A stretch of DNA of 56,208 nt, filler included, from Sphacelaria rigidula (taxonomy: Eukaryota): the NCBI GenBank assembly GCA_964200075.2. It is 7 parts of 7 records of this genome, joined end to end, with 100 filler letters (N's around TTAATTAATTAA, not from the genome) between each part and the next. Parts side by side here need not be neighbours in the genome. Positions count along the whole stretch, not along the records: positions 32,179 to 40,122 come from CAXNAA020012895.1; positions 40,223 to 48,165 come from CAXNAA020012896.1; positions 48,266 to 56,208 come from CAXNAA020012897.1; 4 more parts are not named here. The stretch is one strand, 5' to 3'. The position numbers were made by a program, and so were the translations under genes. The notes beneath the pieces were generated by a model. That model did not search any database. It was not told the origin of the DNA and worked only from the letters and a program-made list of their open reading frames with translations. Position 1 is the first letter of the stretch, and the number at the start of each line of letters is the position of its first letter. Below, piece after piece: positions 38,418-50,196 of this stretch.

Positions 38418-38665
38418 TGTGACGCCAGACAGTGGAAGCACTGTGGATCACTGCTGTTGAGGGACTCCCCAGTCTTACTAGCCTCAGTTTCAGTTGTCCG
38501 CCTTTACAACATCTCATTATTCAGGAGTGACCTTTCAGGCGGCTCCATAAACCACATCAGGGTATCACCCCCATGTCCATGTCATTATCCATATCACCAC
38601 TACAGATCCTCAGTCATCATCCAATCATCACTATATACTCAACGTGACGGCGTGATTTCGTCACA
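38418..38665 (-). repeat. 5' LTR
   Basis: Direct repeat of 33837-34082. Confidence 0.95.
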
Positions 38666-39136
38666 TGCCGCAAAAAACTATCACCCTGTGTAAAAAAAAA
38701 ACGTGATGTGGAAGCCACAGTTATGTACAAAGAATATGCCGAGAGTTTCCACGCATTCCATTTTTTTTGGAATTATCTCCCGCTGTCATGTCTTTGTGGC
38801 ACGAGAGCTACTACTCACTCTGGCACCTCGGGAATGCCACACATGTCCTACGCCGGCGGTTCCGCCGTCGGTCTCCGTCCGAATTCCCCTATTTCCGAAC
38901 GACATCCGAAAACGCATGCGATGTTTTGTACAGCGACGATCTCTACTGTGCATTTAGATACAACAGTCTATCTTGACCATATATTCTCGATTTGCCCCTA
39001 CCAACCTCCCGAACGGGAATCTTGTATATATATACACATTTTTCGTCCCCGTCAATTATTTTAGCCCAATTTCCTTTCGTGGGACAAGGCCGTAGTCTCA
39101 AGTCTCAATGGGTCGACCCATTTCTCCCCCGGTATA

Positions 39137-39202
39137 CGCTCCGTCTCGAAAGGGATACGTGGTTAATGGTGAAACGACCAAGGCAAGCAACAAATGAGTA
39201 CG
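39137..39202 (+). mobile_element. Family A LINE 3' tip followed by a C-run
   Basis: GCTCCGTCTCGAAAGGGATACGTGGTTAATGGTGAAACGACCAAGGCAAGCAACAAATGAGTACG|CCCCC, with CTCCCCC just upstream. Confidence 0.8.
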
Positions 39203-41809
39203 CCCCCTTCAGCCTGATCCGGCGAAAATCTGACCCCCCTATGGGGTTGGCGTCGGTTGGCAATGACACTGTTAAACACGACCCTCACTGCGTAAGCTTA
39301 GCAACCTGGTTACCGTTTTTTTTGCGCGCTTGCGTTTTTTTTGCGGTAACCATTTTGGTGGTCGAGCTAGATCATATTGTGCGGCGTGGGAGAACGTCAA
39401 CTCCGCGCAAAGCAGATGATCGTACTACGTAGTGTTTATATGGTGGGACGCCCATAAGGCATTTGGTTGTTCGATCACAACTTGTGAAAAAAAATCACAC
39501 GTGTTGACCCTTTGGGACTGGGCCTCGAAAACCACCAATGAGGCTGGTTAGGAATGACGTGTCCTGCATATGATAGAAGCAGTGGCTTCATGTTGCTGGA
39601 TATCCACGTACGTATGTAAACCGCAGGGTTGGAGGGAGACCGAATTTTTCGTCGAACCTATTTTCAGGTGCAGGTACAAACTGTCTGTGCTAAAATTCGG
39701 GTGTTGTGCGCATCAGGCAATGTACAAATGTATCAAGCAGTATGAGTCACCGTGGAGAGCCTTCAACAGGATGTGGACACCGCCACCCGCCACTTGTGGC
39801 CTGAGATATTGTCCCCATCACCTCGCTACACAGCCCTTTGTGGTCGGGGTGGGCCGCGATTTCCCTCTTTGTTGCAAGCGGCAAATTTACTTCCAACGGC
39901 ATGGGCGTTGCGCCGCAGATACAGTACAGTGCAGCAGCAGCTATGCCGCTGCATACTCCCTCACATGTTCTGGGCAGTTCTCCGCGACGGAGATCAGCTG
40001 CCTATACACAGCTCGTGCGTTAGCGTGGATTACATACGACCTCACCGCCGCTTGTACCGCCTCGACGGAGGGATACGCAGAACTCATGCCTCTAGCTCCG
40101 TCTCTCGTTGCACTGCGTCGCTNNNNNNNNNNNNNNNNNNNNNNNNNNNNNNNNNNNNNNNNNNNNTTAATTAATTAANNNNNNNNNNNNNNNNNNNNNN
40201 NNNNNNNNNNNNNNNNNNNNNNCGCTCTTCCTTTATTTCCCCCTTTTTTCGCATCCCCTGCCCCCCCCCCCCCAACCCCATCGTGCATTCTTTTTTTTTT
40301 TGCAGCCGGGATGGCACTTCCACCCGACTTTCCGCTCCTGCTGCACTGTTGCTGCACCCCGCGGACCCTGGGATGGCCTTCTTTCATTTCACAACATATG
40401 ATGAGACGGCCGCGCGCCTCCGTCCCCCGCTCCCGCCTTAACAATAATAATATCATCTGTTCGCTAAAATTGTCTGTAGGGTTGTCGCTCAACGTAAACA
40501 TGCCCGTCGCGCACACATCAAAACAAGAAGCAAAAATATGAAACACTCGAAAAACAGCCAACTCGTGTGGACGCCAACCACCAGGCCATGCAAGCTACCC
40601 TGTCGCCATTCATTGCTTCGTTTACGCTGTTTCTCGGGAACCGCGCGAGTCGTTCCAAGAAAAATATGAAAAAATAAAAGCAGAACAACACGAGAAATAA
40701 ACGTACACGAGAGACTACTGTCGGAGGCGCCGAAAAGAGGGCACACACTACGGGGGAGAAAAAAAAAAAGAAACGAGCGTTCCGCGCGGCTTGCGTATTT
40801 CTTAAAGTGCGCCGTATTCATTTGGTTTTAGCTCACCCTGCGCACCCATGCTTCACCCCGAGCTTAACCCCATGCATATGAAAAACCACCAGTGGGCTGG
40901 CTCTCTCCGCAAATCTCGGGTTCGCTTCACTCGGCATGACGGACAACAAAAATCGAACGTAGACACTTACGAGCAGTGGCGGTAAAGAGTAGCGGAATAA
41001 TAGTCCACGTAGCTCCCTCATGGCGCATCCGAAGCGTTTCGTAGCGGTCGTCTCGGCTAGCAGCGACCTCGTTCCACATCCCCACACGATTTCCCATCCC
41101 TCCAACGGGTACCGGCTGCTCTCCAAGCATCGCTCCCTCAGGTCTTGACAACTTCATTTCACAGGTCTTGACAACTTCATTTCACTCCCATTACATAATC
41201 TTTACGGTATAACATTTCTAGTATTCCCCCCAACCTCCCGGCCCACCCAGTACGCATCTTGGTCGTGCTCCCCATCTTGTATGGAATATTGCGGGCGAAC
41301 GGTGTCCCAGCAGCATACATTCAGGAGAGTATCCTCGCTCCGCACACGAAACCACCACGGCGAAACGGCAGTCCGGCGTCGATCTATACGTTGTACTGTA
41401 CTCACTTCGCCTTTTTTTATAAATTGTATTGGCGTCTTGTATCCTCCTGTTCTCTCCATCCCCCCATGTCATCCTTCCGTCCCTCCCGCCCCCCACCCCT
41501 CGCTCCATGCCGACACTCGTGCACTGTCAGCTGAACGGGCCATTCTGCTGAAGCTCTGTTTGCGTGCCGTGTCTCCTCCATTTCCCAGCCCGTCTCCTCC
41601 AGAATAAGTAGTAGCATCCCTTGCTCCCTCCCCCGGCCCGCCGCGCAAGTGATATTTCCGCTCACGAGGGCACCGCATCGTGCCGGGTTACTCCTACAGT
41701 ACTTCCTCAACAGTACTCTGCCACTAGTCTAAAAACCAGTGTATTCGCACCTTCTCAAGTTGTTCCAAAAATTACGCAGGCTGCTGCCTGGTCCAAGTGA
41801 GGGTGCTCT

Positions 41810-44440
41810 TCAGAGCGCTGCAATCGCCGGATGACCGCCGCCAGCACCAAACAAGCTGTTGGCAGCGTGAGCGGGAAAGGCGGCACCAGCCCAGCCGCCG
41901 CTACCAGCCCAGCCGCCGGTACTATCAAGGTCGCTGCCGCTACAGCCACCATCGCCGCCGGCCAAATTCCCCGCGTAGCCCTGAGCGCAGAGACCAGTAC
42001 GGACCTTCTCCATGTCCTGGAGGCAGCGGCTGAGCTTGTCCAGCTGGTAGCCCGTGACGGCGAAGAATGCAAACGAGGTCGGGGCGGCCTGGCCAGGGCA
42101 AGTGATGCAAGACGCCCAGTACAGGGCGGTGGCCGCAAGGGCGGACGGCGGGTGCTCCAGGGACGACGCATCGCGAAGCACACTAAGGAGTATCTTTTGC
42201 GCCTCGCGACCCACTCTCTCCGCCACTTGCCCGGCCTGCGACAGGTAACCCAGCACGACAGCCCGCTTCACGAACACCCCAAGGAATGACAGCGCAGTAG
42301 GGACAGTGAGGCGAAAGCCCAGGGCCGAAGCCACGCGCATCTCCATCGCCGCGAGCTCCTTCCGCGCTGCGGCGACATCAACGTCCCCTTTGCCTCCAAC
42401 TCCACTGCCGTCCCTAGCATCGCCACTGACCAAGTTACTGTTTATTCCCATTGCAATAGTAGCCGACCAGTCACCAGCCCCACCGCCACCTCCACCGGCC
42501 GCCGCACACACGCCCGTGTTCGCCGCCGCTGCCACGCCCCACAGTGAGATCGGTTGCGTGTCTTCGTACTTTGAAGCCAGGGTCAGGGCTGCGGCAGCCG
42601 TGAGCTTGAGCGCGTCGCCACCAACAAAGGCAGTTCGCGCCCCTTCCGCGGTGCTCAAGAACCGGTCCACAACGTTCACCGCGAGGAAAAGCGTTTCGGG
42701 GGAAAGGGGCGGACCACCGCCGGACGCCACCGGCGCTGTGGAGTGCAGTCGGGATAGCCAATCCACAAGGGCCGTACGGGCGACGGGGGTTACCAGCCCC
42801 GGGCGTCCGGCACCTGCGAGGTAGCCGGGACCGACAAAATTAGCGAGTTCTTGCTGGCGAAGAAAAGCATTGCGGTCGTCGTCGTATTCTTCGGAGAAAG
42901 AGTCAGCACCTGTCAGCTTCGGTGAGGGCGATGATGTTGGTGACGATGTGATGGCTGCTTTGTCATCGAATAGAGCAGCACTAAAGCAGGCAGTGTTGCT
43001 GTCGTGGCAATCCGTGGTACCGATTCCGAACCCCGACATGAAAGGCTCCGTAATTCCTCCCGATCCTCCCGCCGCCCCTTGCTCGCCATGCTGCGGCTGA
43101 AGCCCTAGCTGCTGTTGATGGAGCTGCCGCGTGTCCATCTGCTGCTGTACCGACGTGTCAAATGTCGATGCCGGTCCTTTTGGGCAGGAGTTCGGACCTG
43201 GTACTTGAAAGCCGTACCCGAAAGACAACTGACGCTGAGGACGCAAAGGTGCATTAGGCGCCACGAGTCGTGGAGAAACCCTCAGCTGCGCCTGTGCCGA
43301 CGGCTCCACCATCAGAGGGGCCGTTCCTTGGGGAAAGTATAGATCCCCGCCGGCAGCCATCGCGGCAGCTGTACGCGAGAACCCGCCAACTTCACCGTCG
43401 CCACCGCGTCCACCCTTATGCCAAAAACCTCGGGAAGTAACGGTCGGAAGAATTTCAGGCTCAGTACGAGCAGGTGTAAAAAGCAGCGCGTCCAGGATCG
43501 GATCGTGAGGAATCACAATCGGAATGTCGTCGCGGTGAACAGCGGTAGCCGCGGCACCGCCAACGCCACACCCAATGGCATGGTGATGACCTCCAATCAC
43601 TTGGTCTTGAACAGCGGCACTGGTGATGGCAAGCGGCCAGTCGTACGTCGCTGGAGGTTGGAGGAATAGTTTAGTTCCCGCCATCACGGCACCACCAGTC
43701 GTCAGACGTTTGTTGTTTGAGTCGTCACTGATATTGTTGGTGGTGGGTTCTCCGGTAGGGGTCCATGTAATCCCGACAACATTGTTGTTGCTGCTACTGA
43801 CGCCGCGAGCAGCAGCCCACACGTCTCCAGGATAACCGCCTTGGTCTCCGTAACCGGAAATCCCGAAGCCGCCAGCACGCCATGGCAGAGGGTCGTCCTC
43901 GACAAGGCGATCCACAAAACTCTCAGCGTCAAATGCTTCCAGCAGCTCCGCACAATGGGCTGGTGGTGGTGGTACCTGTACGGTAGTAGCCGACAAAGTT
44001 TTTCGGGCGCCGGAGTCAGCCGTCCCCCAAAAATGAAACATCTCGTCTCTCCCACCACTACTGCCGCCGCCGCTACCATTAGCACGCCCCGCTACCGTGC
44101 TAGGATGAGGTACACCCGTCTCCCACCCGACGGGCACCCAGTTCGACGTAGAGGCTACCATAGCAGAAGCCGCCGGTGCGTTCCCGCCAGAACCTGAAGG
44201 TTTCAAACGCTGTTTCTCTTCGGTCAAGAGTGTGTCCACCAGCCTCCTGTGTGAGGCCCGCAAGCCTTTCGGCAATACGGTGAGGCCCCTGCAGCCCCCA
44301 GAATTCGGCCTAGCACATGGCTGAATCGGCTTAGCAGGACACACCCATGGGTAGCGTTGGGGAAGGGGGCTGGCGGAAAGCGGGTACTCCCCACGGCACG
44401 TGCTGTTCACCGTGCCTCTTCGGTACAGTGAAAAGTACAA
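41810..44440 (-). CDS. Cyclin (A/B-type cyclin box) with a long low-complexity N-terminus; true start or upstream exon unresolved
   Basis: 876-aa open frame. Cyclin N-box ARTALVDWL..H..LSPETLFLAVNVVDRFL..LKLTAAAALTLASKYED..LAAMEMRVASALGFRLTVPTALSFL, and a C-box-like HPPSALAATAL..TGYQLDKLSRCL. Confidence 0.85.
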   Translation of the reverse strand: MYFSLYRRGTVNSTCRGEYPLSASPLPQRYPWVCPAKPIQPCARPNSGGCRGLTVLPKGLRASHRRLVDTLLTEEKQRLKPSGSGGNAPAASAMVASTSNWVPVGWETGVPHPSTVAGRANGSGGGSSGGRDEMFHFWGTADSGARKTLSATTVQVPPPPAHCAELLEAFDAESFVDRLVEDDPLPWRAGGFGISGYGDQGGYPGDVWAAARGVSSSNNNVVGITWTPTGEPTTNNISDDSNNKRLTTGGAVMAGTKLFLQPPATYDWPLAITSAAVQDQVIGGHHHAIGCGVGGAAATAVHRDDIPIVIPHDPILDALLFTPARTEPEILPTVTSRGFWHKGGRGGDGEVGGFSRTAAAMAAGGDLYFPQGTAPLMVEPSAQAQLRVSPRLVAPNAPLRPQRQLSFGYGFQVPGPNSCPKGPASTFDTSVQQQMDTRQLHQQQLGLQPQHGEQGAAGGSGGITEPFMSGFGIGTTDCHDSNTACFSAALFDDKAAITSSPTSSPSPKLTGADSFSEEYDDDRNAFLRQQELANFVGPGYLAGAGRPGLVTPVARTALVDWLSRLHSTAPVASGGGPPLSPETLFLAVNVVDRFLSTAEGARTAFVGGDALKLTAAAALTLASKYEDTQPISLWGVAAAANTGVCAAAGGGGGGAGDWSATIAMGINSNLVSGDARDGSGVGGKGDVDVAAARKELAAMEMRVASALGFRLTVPTALSFLGVFVKRAVVLGYLSQAGQVAERVGREAQKILLSVLRDASSLEHPPSALAATALYWASCITCPGQAAPTSFAFFAVTGYQLDKLSRCLQDMEKVRTGLCAQGYAGNLAGGDGGCSGSDLDSTGGWAGSGGWAGAAFPAHAANSLFGAGGGHPAIAAL

Positions 44441-46002
44441 GTGGGCAACCGGAGCGGTAGAAGGTAGCAGGTATCTAGGCTTCTTTTTTTTTAATTCAGT
44501 ACGTATGATTGGTCATCAAGAATCAAGAACGGTTGAAAATGCTGGCTCTGCTGACAAGTTTGTCAAATGGGTCAGGTTCTGCTGTAAAGTGATGTTCAGA
44601 TGTTCGTGACGGGTCTTTTTACGTGTGGATTCATGGTCATGGGTTGCCGAAACACACGTTATTCGTGGAACTACGTAAGAAGAAACGGTGCTGCATGTCG
44701 TGGTACGGGTGTGGTGTACCATTTGGGGGTAGAGTGTGACAGGGGGCTGCTGCTTCACACTAGAAAAGACGGCATCATTTAATTACCGTACGATGAAAAG
44801 ATGCAAGTCAAGTTGTAGTTGCACTACAGTACACGGCAAACATAAGGACTGATCACACGAACGACGTACGTAAGCGTTTGTTTCGTGGCATCGGCATCGA
44901 GGGCGAAATGGCTGCCAGTTTGATCTACAGTAGTTTATATTGAAAGCGATATTTTTGCTACTACGACCCAAGCAACCCATAACTAACTATACGTACTTAG
45001 TGAGTATATTTCAACAACTCCTGAGTCATCACTATGCGCACCTACAGGATATAAATAATACAATTGCGATGAAGGTGGTCCTATGGAATCTAAAATGCTG
45101 CATGCACTACTACACAAGGATATACTGTTGTGTGTATACCAACAACAACGACAACATGAACAGCAACAACAGACAGTACTACTACTGTACCGTACTACAA
45201 TTCAAGATCGAATCTGAGGTTCAAACCGGAACATCAACAATGGTAAAACCGACGAAAAAATTCACTTCGTTCTTGTTGCGGGTTGAAGCTCACTTTGGAA
45301 AAATCTGTAACTACTTAGCCCAGGTAGCGCCACCACTTATTATAGGAATTTGGCAGGTACGTACATGAGAATAACTTGCTGAGCCTCCAACTTCTCGATA
45401 TGACTGAGCACATGAGAGGAAAATGGGATGCGAGAAAACCACCTGCTATACGAGTATACCACTCAAATAAAGCCTACGGAGTATACATATATTACTATGT
45501 GCGGCTGTTCCTGGAAGCCCACAGAGGAAATAAGAACTCGAGCTTCGAACCAAATAATAATGATAACGAGAGGTTCTTGACCCTTTGACGGCCGAGGTGG
45601 TGGGTCATCCGGACCACGCAGTAATTTTTTAGGTGAAAGCGATGATGATGCTGATCGATTTAGCGGAAAACTGACCTTCACTGGCGGTCAAAGGCGCGGG
45701 TCAAGTGGTGGCGCTACCACCCTACATGCTTACGATTTTAAACACACATATATATATACATATATATATATGTATGGTAAACGATGATACTCGTTTCAGT
45801 TTTAGTTAAGTTTCGGTTTTTTCGGGGCATCCGCTCCGAACTTTCAGGGTGCCATGTGGAAACAAACAACGATAATAATAAGATGTGTGAAACAGACCCA
45901 CCCAATGACATGATGAACGAAAATATAGTTATTACCGAAGATGAAATACGAAAAATATACAAGTATGAATAAATGAAAAATGAAGAGACGCGCGCACCAA
46001 TT

Positions 46003-46083
46003 AGAAGTAGTAGTAGTGTTATTATAGTAGTAGTAGTAGTAGTAGTAGTAGTAAGTAGTAGTAGTGGTAGTAGTGGTAGTAGT

Positions 46084-46127
<44 letters not shown>

Positions 46128-46200
46128 TAGTAGTAAGTACTAGTACTAGTAATAGTAGCAGTAGTAGTAGTAGTATAGTAGTAGTAGTGGTGGTGGTGGT
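46003..46200. repeat. Compound (AGT)n/(AGC)n/(GGT)n microsatellite
   Basis: Seen directly. Confidence 0.95.
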
Positions 46201-47684
46201 ATATTATGGGTAAAACAAACTCCCCCAAGAGCATGAATGAAATAAGGATAGTTATTACCGAAGATGAAATAAGAAAAAATTGAATGAACGAAAATGCAAC
46301 GAAAAATGAAGAGACGCGCGCACCATCAAGTAGTAGTAGCAGCAGCAGTATACAAAATTCGACTTGTTGACGAGGAGGGAATGAGATACTGTCCGTCCCT
46401 GATCCGAGTAAACCTATACCACCCGAAAAAAATCGAGGAAAAGATGCCATCCAGCGGCCATGCATTGCTCAGGCCTACGGCGTATGTATGTTGCGTGCAG
46501 TATCTTGTTGGAGTCATGGGCCGCTGAGAGTCACACGGAGTGAGGTTTCAGACGAGACAACGAGTGGGTGACCGCCGTGACCACCGCGCGACTAACAGAA
46601 ACCGTATTGATCGGTTGATTGGTCAAATAAATTATACGAATATCGTATTATCGATTGATTGTCGCACATTGACTGATCCCCTAGAGAGTGGTCATTATCC
46701 ACAAGACGAATGTACCGCACCCTGGATATCGTAAGATATGGTCATTACATACAATATACGAAAAATATACAGGGTAAAGTAGTACAGGTTAATTGCAACT
46801 ATGGTCGGCAGGTGAAAAAAAAAAAACACGCTAGCTGAACCCTTGCGCGGCGAGGAGGGTATGTCATCTGTTAAATCAAATTCATTCGAGAAAAGTGTGG
46901 ATGATCCAGATGGACTACCCTCCTTGCGGTCTAAAAAGAAGGTGGGGGAAAAAACAAGAAATGTATAAATGTTGACAAACAGAAGGAGGAGTCAAAACCT
47001 GAAAAACAAGAACAAAAACAAAAATGCGTGAGGAAGTAAAGGTTCGTGAGCACTCTAATGTGTTGAAATTGAGTCTGGGTGCCTTACAGCAAGTACATAC
47101 TACTATATATATATGTAGGTGTTTTGTGTGTTGTGTATGTTAACATCTTATCTAACTTGGACGCCGATCTACACCAGGGTATAGATATATGCGTGCTGTA
47201 TTAGTAATTCGTCGCTACGAGTTGGGCCAGCCTAAAAACGGATTCAATTCGTCACAGCCATATATCATCGACGCAGACAAATTGAGCAGTGATTCGCACA
47301 ATTAATTACACCATTTTAGTGCATCACTCGAACTGTATGACCCCGCGACATCGTCTACCCACCCATCACTATCTAACAACGCCGTTCTCTACTGTCGGTA
47401 CTCTAGCGTTTGCCCAATTTTCCTTCTCGATAGTGAAACCTGGTGATCCTTATGTATCTGCCCTCCTTCCGTTGCCCCCTGGACTGCCCCGGTGAAGACC
47501 TCCTACGCCATGACTCGACAAAAAGACCGACTATAAGAACTCCCACACACGCATTCGAGACGCGTGCTTATTTTCCTTCACATCTTTTTTCGTCATAACC
47601 TTGTCCATGAAGACACCATTCGCAACTGCCAATCGTTTCGAACACGCTCCGATGGTGCCCAGAGAATTCCAGGCTTCTAATTAT

Positions 47685-47948
47685 TTACACCTTCGGCATA
47701 GCGCCGTCCATGAATATATTCTCGGCAACACCAAGTTTCCACATGCTGAAGAAAAACGTATCCCGCAATGTTTCGGCAGCGCCACCTTCAACGGTCTCGA
47801 TCGCACCCACAACAGCGCTCTTGGCGAGAACCAAGCTGGTTTCGGGCTTGCGTCTTCGCTGGTAGTCTTCGAGGGTAGCGGACAGACTCCCCTCGTACGC
47901 TCCGCCGCGGTTTAGTTGAGCCAGACGTTCGGCCAAGCAGTACGCATC
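47685..47948 (-). CDS. Probable last exon of an FAD-dependent monooxygenase (salicylate hydroxylase / epoxidase-like), upstream exons outside the contig
   Basis: Acceptor TTTTAACAG, then DAYCLAERLAQLN..LEDYQRRRKP..LRDTFFF..DGAMPKV*. DA..LA and L..Y...R..R are the pattern that follows the GQG.N.A motif in class A flavoprotein monooxygenases. Confidence 0.6.
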   Translation of the reverse strand, partial: DAYCLAERLAQLNRGGAYEGSLSATLEDYQRRRKPETSLVLAKSAVVGAIETVEGGAAETLRDTFFFSMWKLGVAENIFMDGAMPKV

Positions 47949-48137
47949 CTGTTAAAACCGTTGAATCACAAAAAAAAAGGAGAGCAGGACGTGTGTGAGA
48001 GACAGTTTGGCAGCTTGAAGAAGCAAAAAAAAACGGAGATATATACACGCACGTATCGCTTGCTGCTTGCCGGTTAGGTACTACTGCTGTATCACCTTTT
48101 GCATCACCTTTTGACACCGCGGGGGGGGAGGGGGGGG

Positions 48138-48165
48138 TACTCATGATCTTGCATGCCATAGTCAT
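48138..48165 (-). mobile_element. Family B 3' end followed by a C-run, truncated by the contig end
   Basis: Reverse complement ATGACTATGGCATGCAAGATCATGAGTA|CCCCCCCCTCCCCCCCC. Confidence 0.8.
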
Positions 48166-48265
48166 NNNNNNNNNNNNNNNNNNNNNNNNNNNNNNNNNNN
48201 NNNNNNNNNTTAATTAATTAANNNNNNNNNNNNNNNNNNNNNNNNNNNNNNNNNNNNNNNNNNNN

Positions 48266-48562
48266 GGCGGAGTTTGACACCTTGGAATGACTTGCTCTAC
48301 TAGTTGAGGCGGTTCCAGGACATCTTCCCGTTCTCCGGTGGCCGCAATTTTTATTTTGGCCAAACAAGAATCTTCGTCCAGAAATGGTGAAGTCCAGAGA
48401 AAAATGGCGTTTTTTTCTACTCCAGACTTGACTGTTTTTTATTGTTCTTGGGCAAAATTCTTGTTTGGCCAAAATAAGAACTGCGGCCACCAGAGAACGG
48501 GAAGATATCCTGGAACCGCCTCAACTAGTAAAGCAAGTAATTCCAAGGTGTCAAACTCCGCC
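48266..48562. mobile_element. Foldback MITE with ~110-bp high-identity inverted arms
   Basis: GGCGGAGTTTGACACCTTGGAAT..TTTTGGCCAAACAAGAAT is mirrored by ATTCTTGTTTGGCCAAAA..ATTCCAAGGTGTCAAACTCCGCC, followed by TA. Confidence 0.85.
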
Positions 48563-49121
48563 TACCTCTCTCTTAACCCTTTTGGAACTCACCATGGAAG
48601 ATTGATCATTTGCAATTGATGGTTTTTGAGCAAGATGTGGTTGATGGTTTACAGCTCAGACGCAACAACATTCACCACATGCGTATTTTTCAGACCCGTG
48701 CGAGTGACAAGTGGAACAAAAGAAGGTTTCCTACTCACCAATGTGCCGTACCAGACCCTGGAACCCGTTGCTGTTTTTTTAATGGAATGTCTCATAGTGG
48801 TTTTGCTGATTATTGTCGATGGAAACAATTGGACACTTCATCCGTCGCGTGGTATGATTGGACGAACCTCACCCGACCCCTCCAGGGAGGACATTTTTCC
48901 TGCACCCGCCGCGTGTGCAACCGGATTATTCTTCTGTTTTCCATTATCAAATGGTTGCCGTCCGCCTTTCCTGCTTCCATCTTTTCCTCTTTGTCAGAGC
49001 TTCTCATAATGAGGCGTTTGGCCCGGGGTTTCCAAAAGGGTTGAGGCGTAAAGCGATGTAAAAGTTCCAAAAAGGCACTTTTCCAGATTTTCATTTTTGT
49101 CTGTTACAAGCAGCGGCCTAA

Positions 49122-49953
49122 GCGCGTGTCTTGGCACTTTTTTTTCGATCGAAAAAGTGCGGTCGATTTTTTTTTTTGCTGATCTGATAGGTCCACCGCA
49201 TTTATGCTCCTAGAAGGCTTCAACTCAAACTTATAATAAGTGGCGCGCGGATAAAAAATGTTCGGGATAAAAAATAATCATTTTCGATCAACAACATGCC
49301 GTCGAAAGGCTCGACGCGGCACGTGACTCGTATCTTACAGGCCATCTCGTCAGACAACACCTGTTCACAGGACCATGCAAAGTCCATACAACTCATTCTC
49401 AGCTACCACCGCAACCCTGCAGCATAGAGCACGTGTTCAGTCCGGGGATAGATACGTCGCAGTAGTTGGGTATACTTTGTTTATTGTTTGTTGGCGAGAA
49501 CTTGCGCATCCTATTTCATGGTAGGGATCAGCGACGGAACTGCGTGGTACGGTGGGCAACCGGCTTGCGTGCACACTCATGGACGATGCAGGTAGTACAA
49601 AACTGCACGTTGCTGAAGTCCTTTTCACGTCGCATTGTAGGCAGAGAGAACCGATAGTCCTGGGCTGTCTGCACTGCACGTTGCCCGCTTCTCTTTCATA
49701 CCCTCCTGAACGAAACACGCAGACATGCACTCGAGACACAGCTTGCAAGCAGTGCAGATAGTGCAAACTGTCTGTACTGTACACGAATGACCATGTACCG
49801 TTTCACGAATTTCATTGTCTTTTTTCGATCGAAAGCTTGAAAATCCATCTGGACCCAACTACATCAAAACGAGAATATTTCGCTCAAATCGATTCCACCG
49901 CCCCATTTTTCCGATCGAAAAAAAAGTGCTAAGACACGACCCAAGACACGGCC
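49122..49953. mobile_element. ~830-bp TIR element, copy 2 (inverted relative to 32365-33181)
   Basis: Colinear reverse-complement similarity over the whole length, with TIRs CGTGTCTT.GCAC / GTGCTAAGACACG. Confidence 0.75.
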
Positions 49954-50196
49954 TGAACCTATTTATCACAGCGATATGTTTTTCGTGTCGCCGCAATTTC
50001 TGGGAGCCCGAAGCATTTGATGAGGCAGCTTCTCAGAATATCACGGAAAAGATAAGCCGCGTTTGGTCGTTGTATTTGATGAACGACAAATAAACCGGCT
50101 ACTGTTTCTGGGGGGTCAGGTATGTAGCGCCCGCGCCGACTATATAGAGTACTGTACTCTACTGCACTGTACCCCCACTCCCCCCTCCCCCCTGTG

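Larger units (their letters stand above)
33837..38665 (-). mobile_element. Ty3/Gypsy chromodomain LTR retrotransposon, internally deleted and degenerate
   Basis: Two ~246-bp LTRs with TGTGACG...CGTCACA ends and a TSD TGCC (33833-33836, 38666-38669). Domain order on the minus strand: gag (37567-38265), zinc knuckle CHRCGQVGHYARDC, protease VLDSG, RT start WSSP, partial RNase H, integrase HHCC and D,D-E (HLDF, VSD..THF, NGTCERM), chromodomain (VDWVGF...TWEP). A G-rich PPT lies next to the 3' LTR. Confidence 0.95.

Noticed and set aside
39570-40122. ORFs of 140-200 aa at the contig end
   Set aside because: No recognisable motifs or consistent splice structure.
40900-41460. Possible highly decayed RTE-like 3' region on the minus strand
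   Set aside because: The resemblance is faint and needs several frameshifts, so it cannot be supported without an alignment.
46022-46465. Poly-Y/C/L ORFs (also 13921-14339 and 54215-54607)
   Set aside because: These are translations of microsatellites.
7946-48265. Regularly spaced TTAATTAATTAA palindromes as a biological array
   Set aside because: They are embedded in fixed N44 runs and are assembly linkers.
49970-50119. Candidate upstream exon (donor CAG|GTATGT) for the ADF-H gene
   Set aside because: The frame required to join 52741 has a TGA at 50080-50082 with no acceptor after it.
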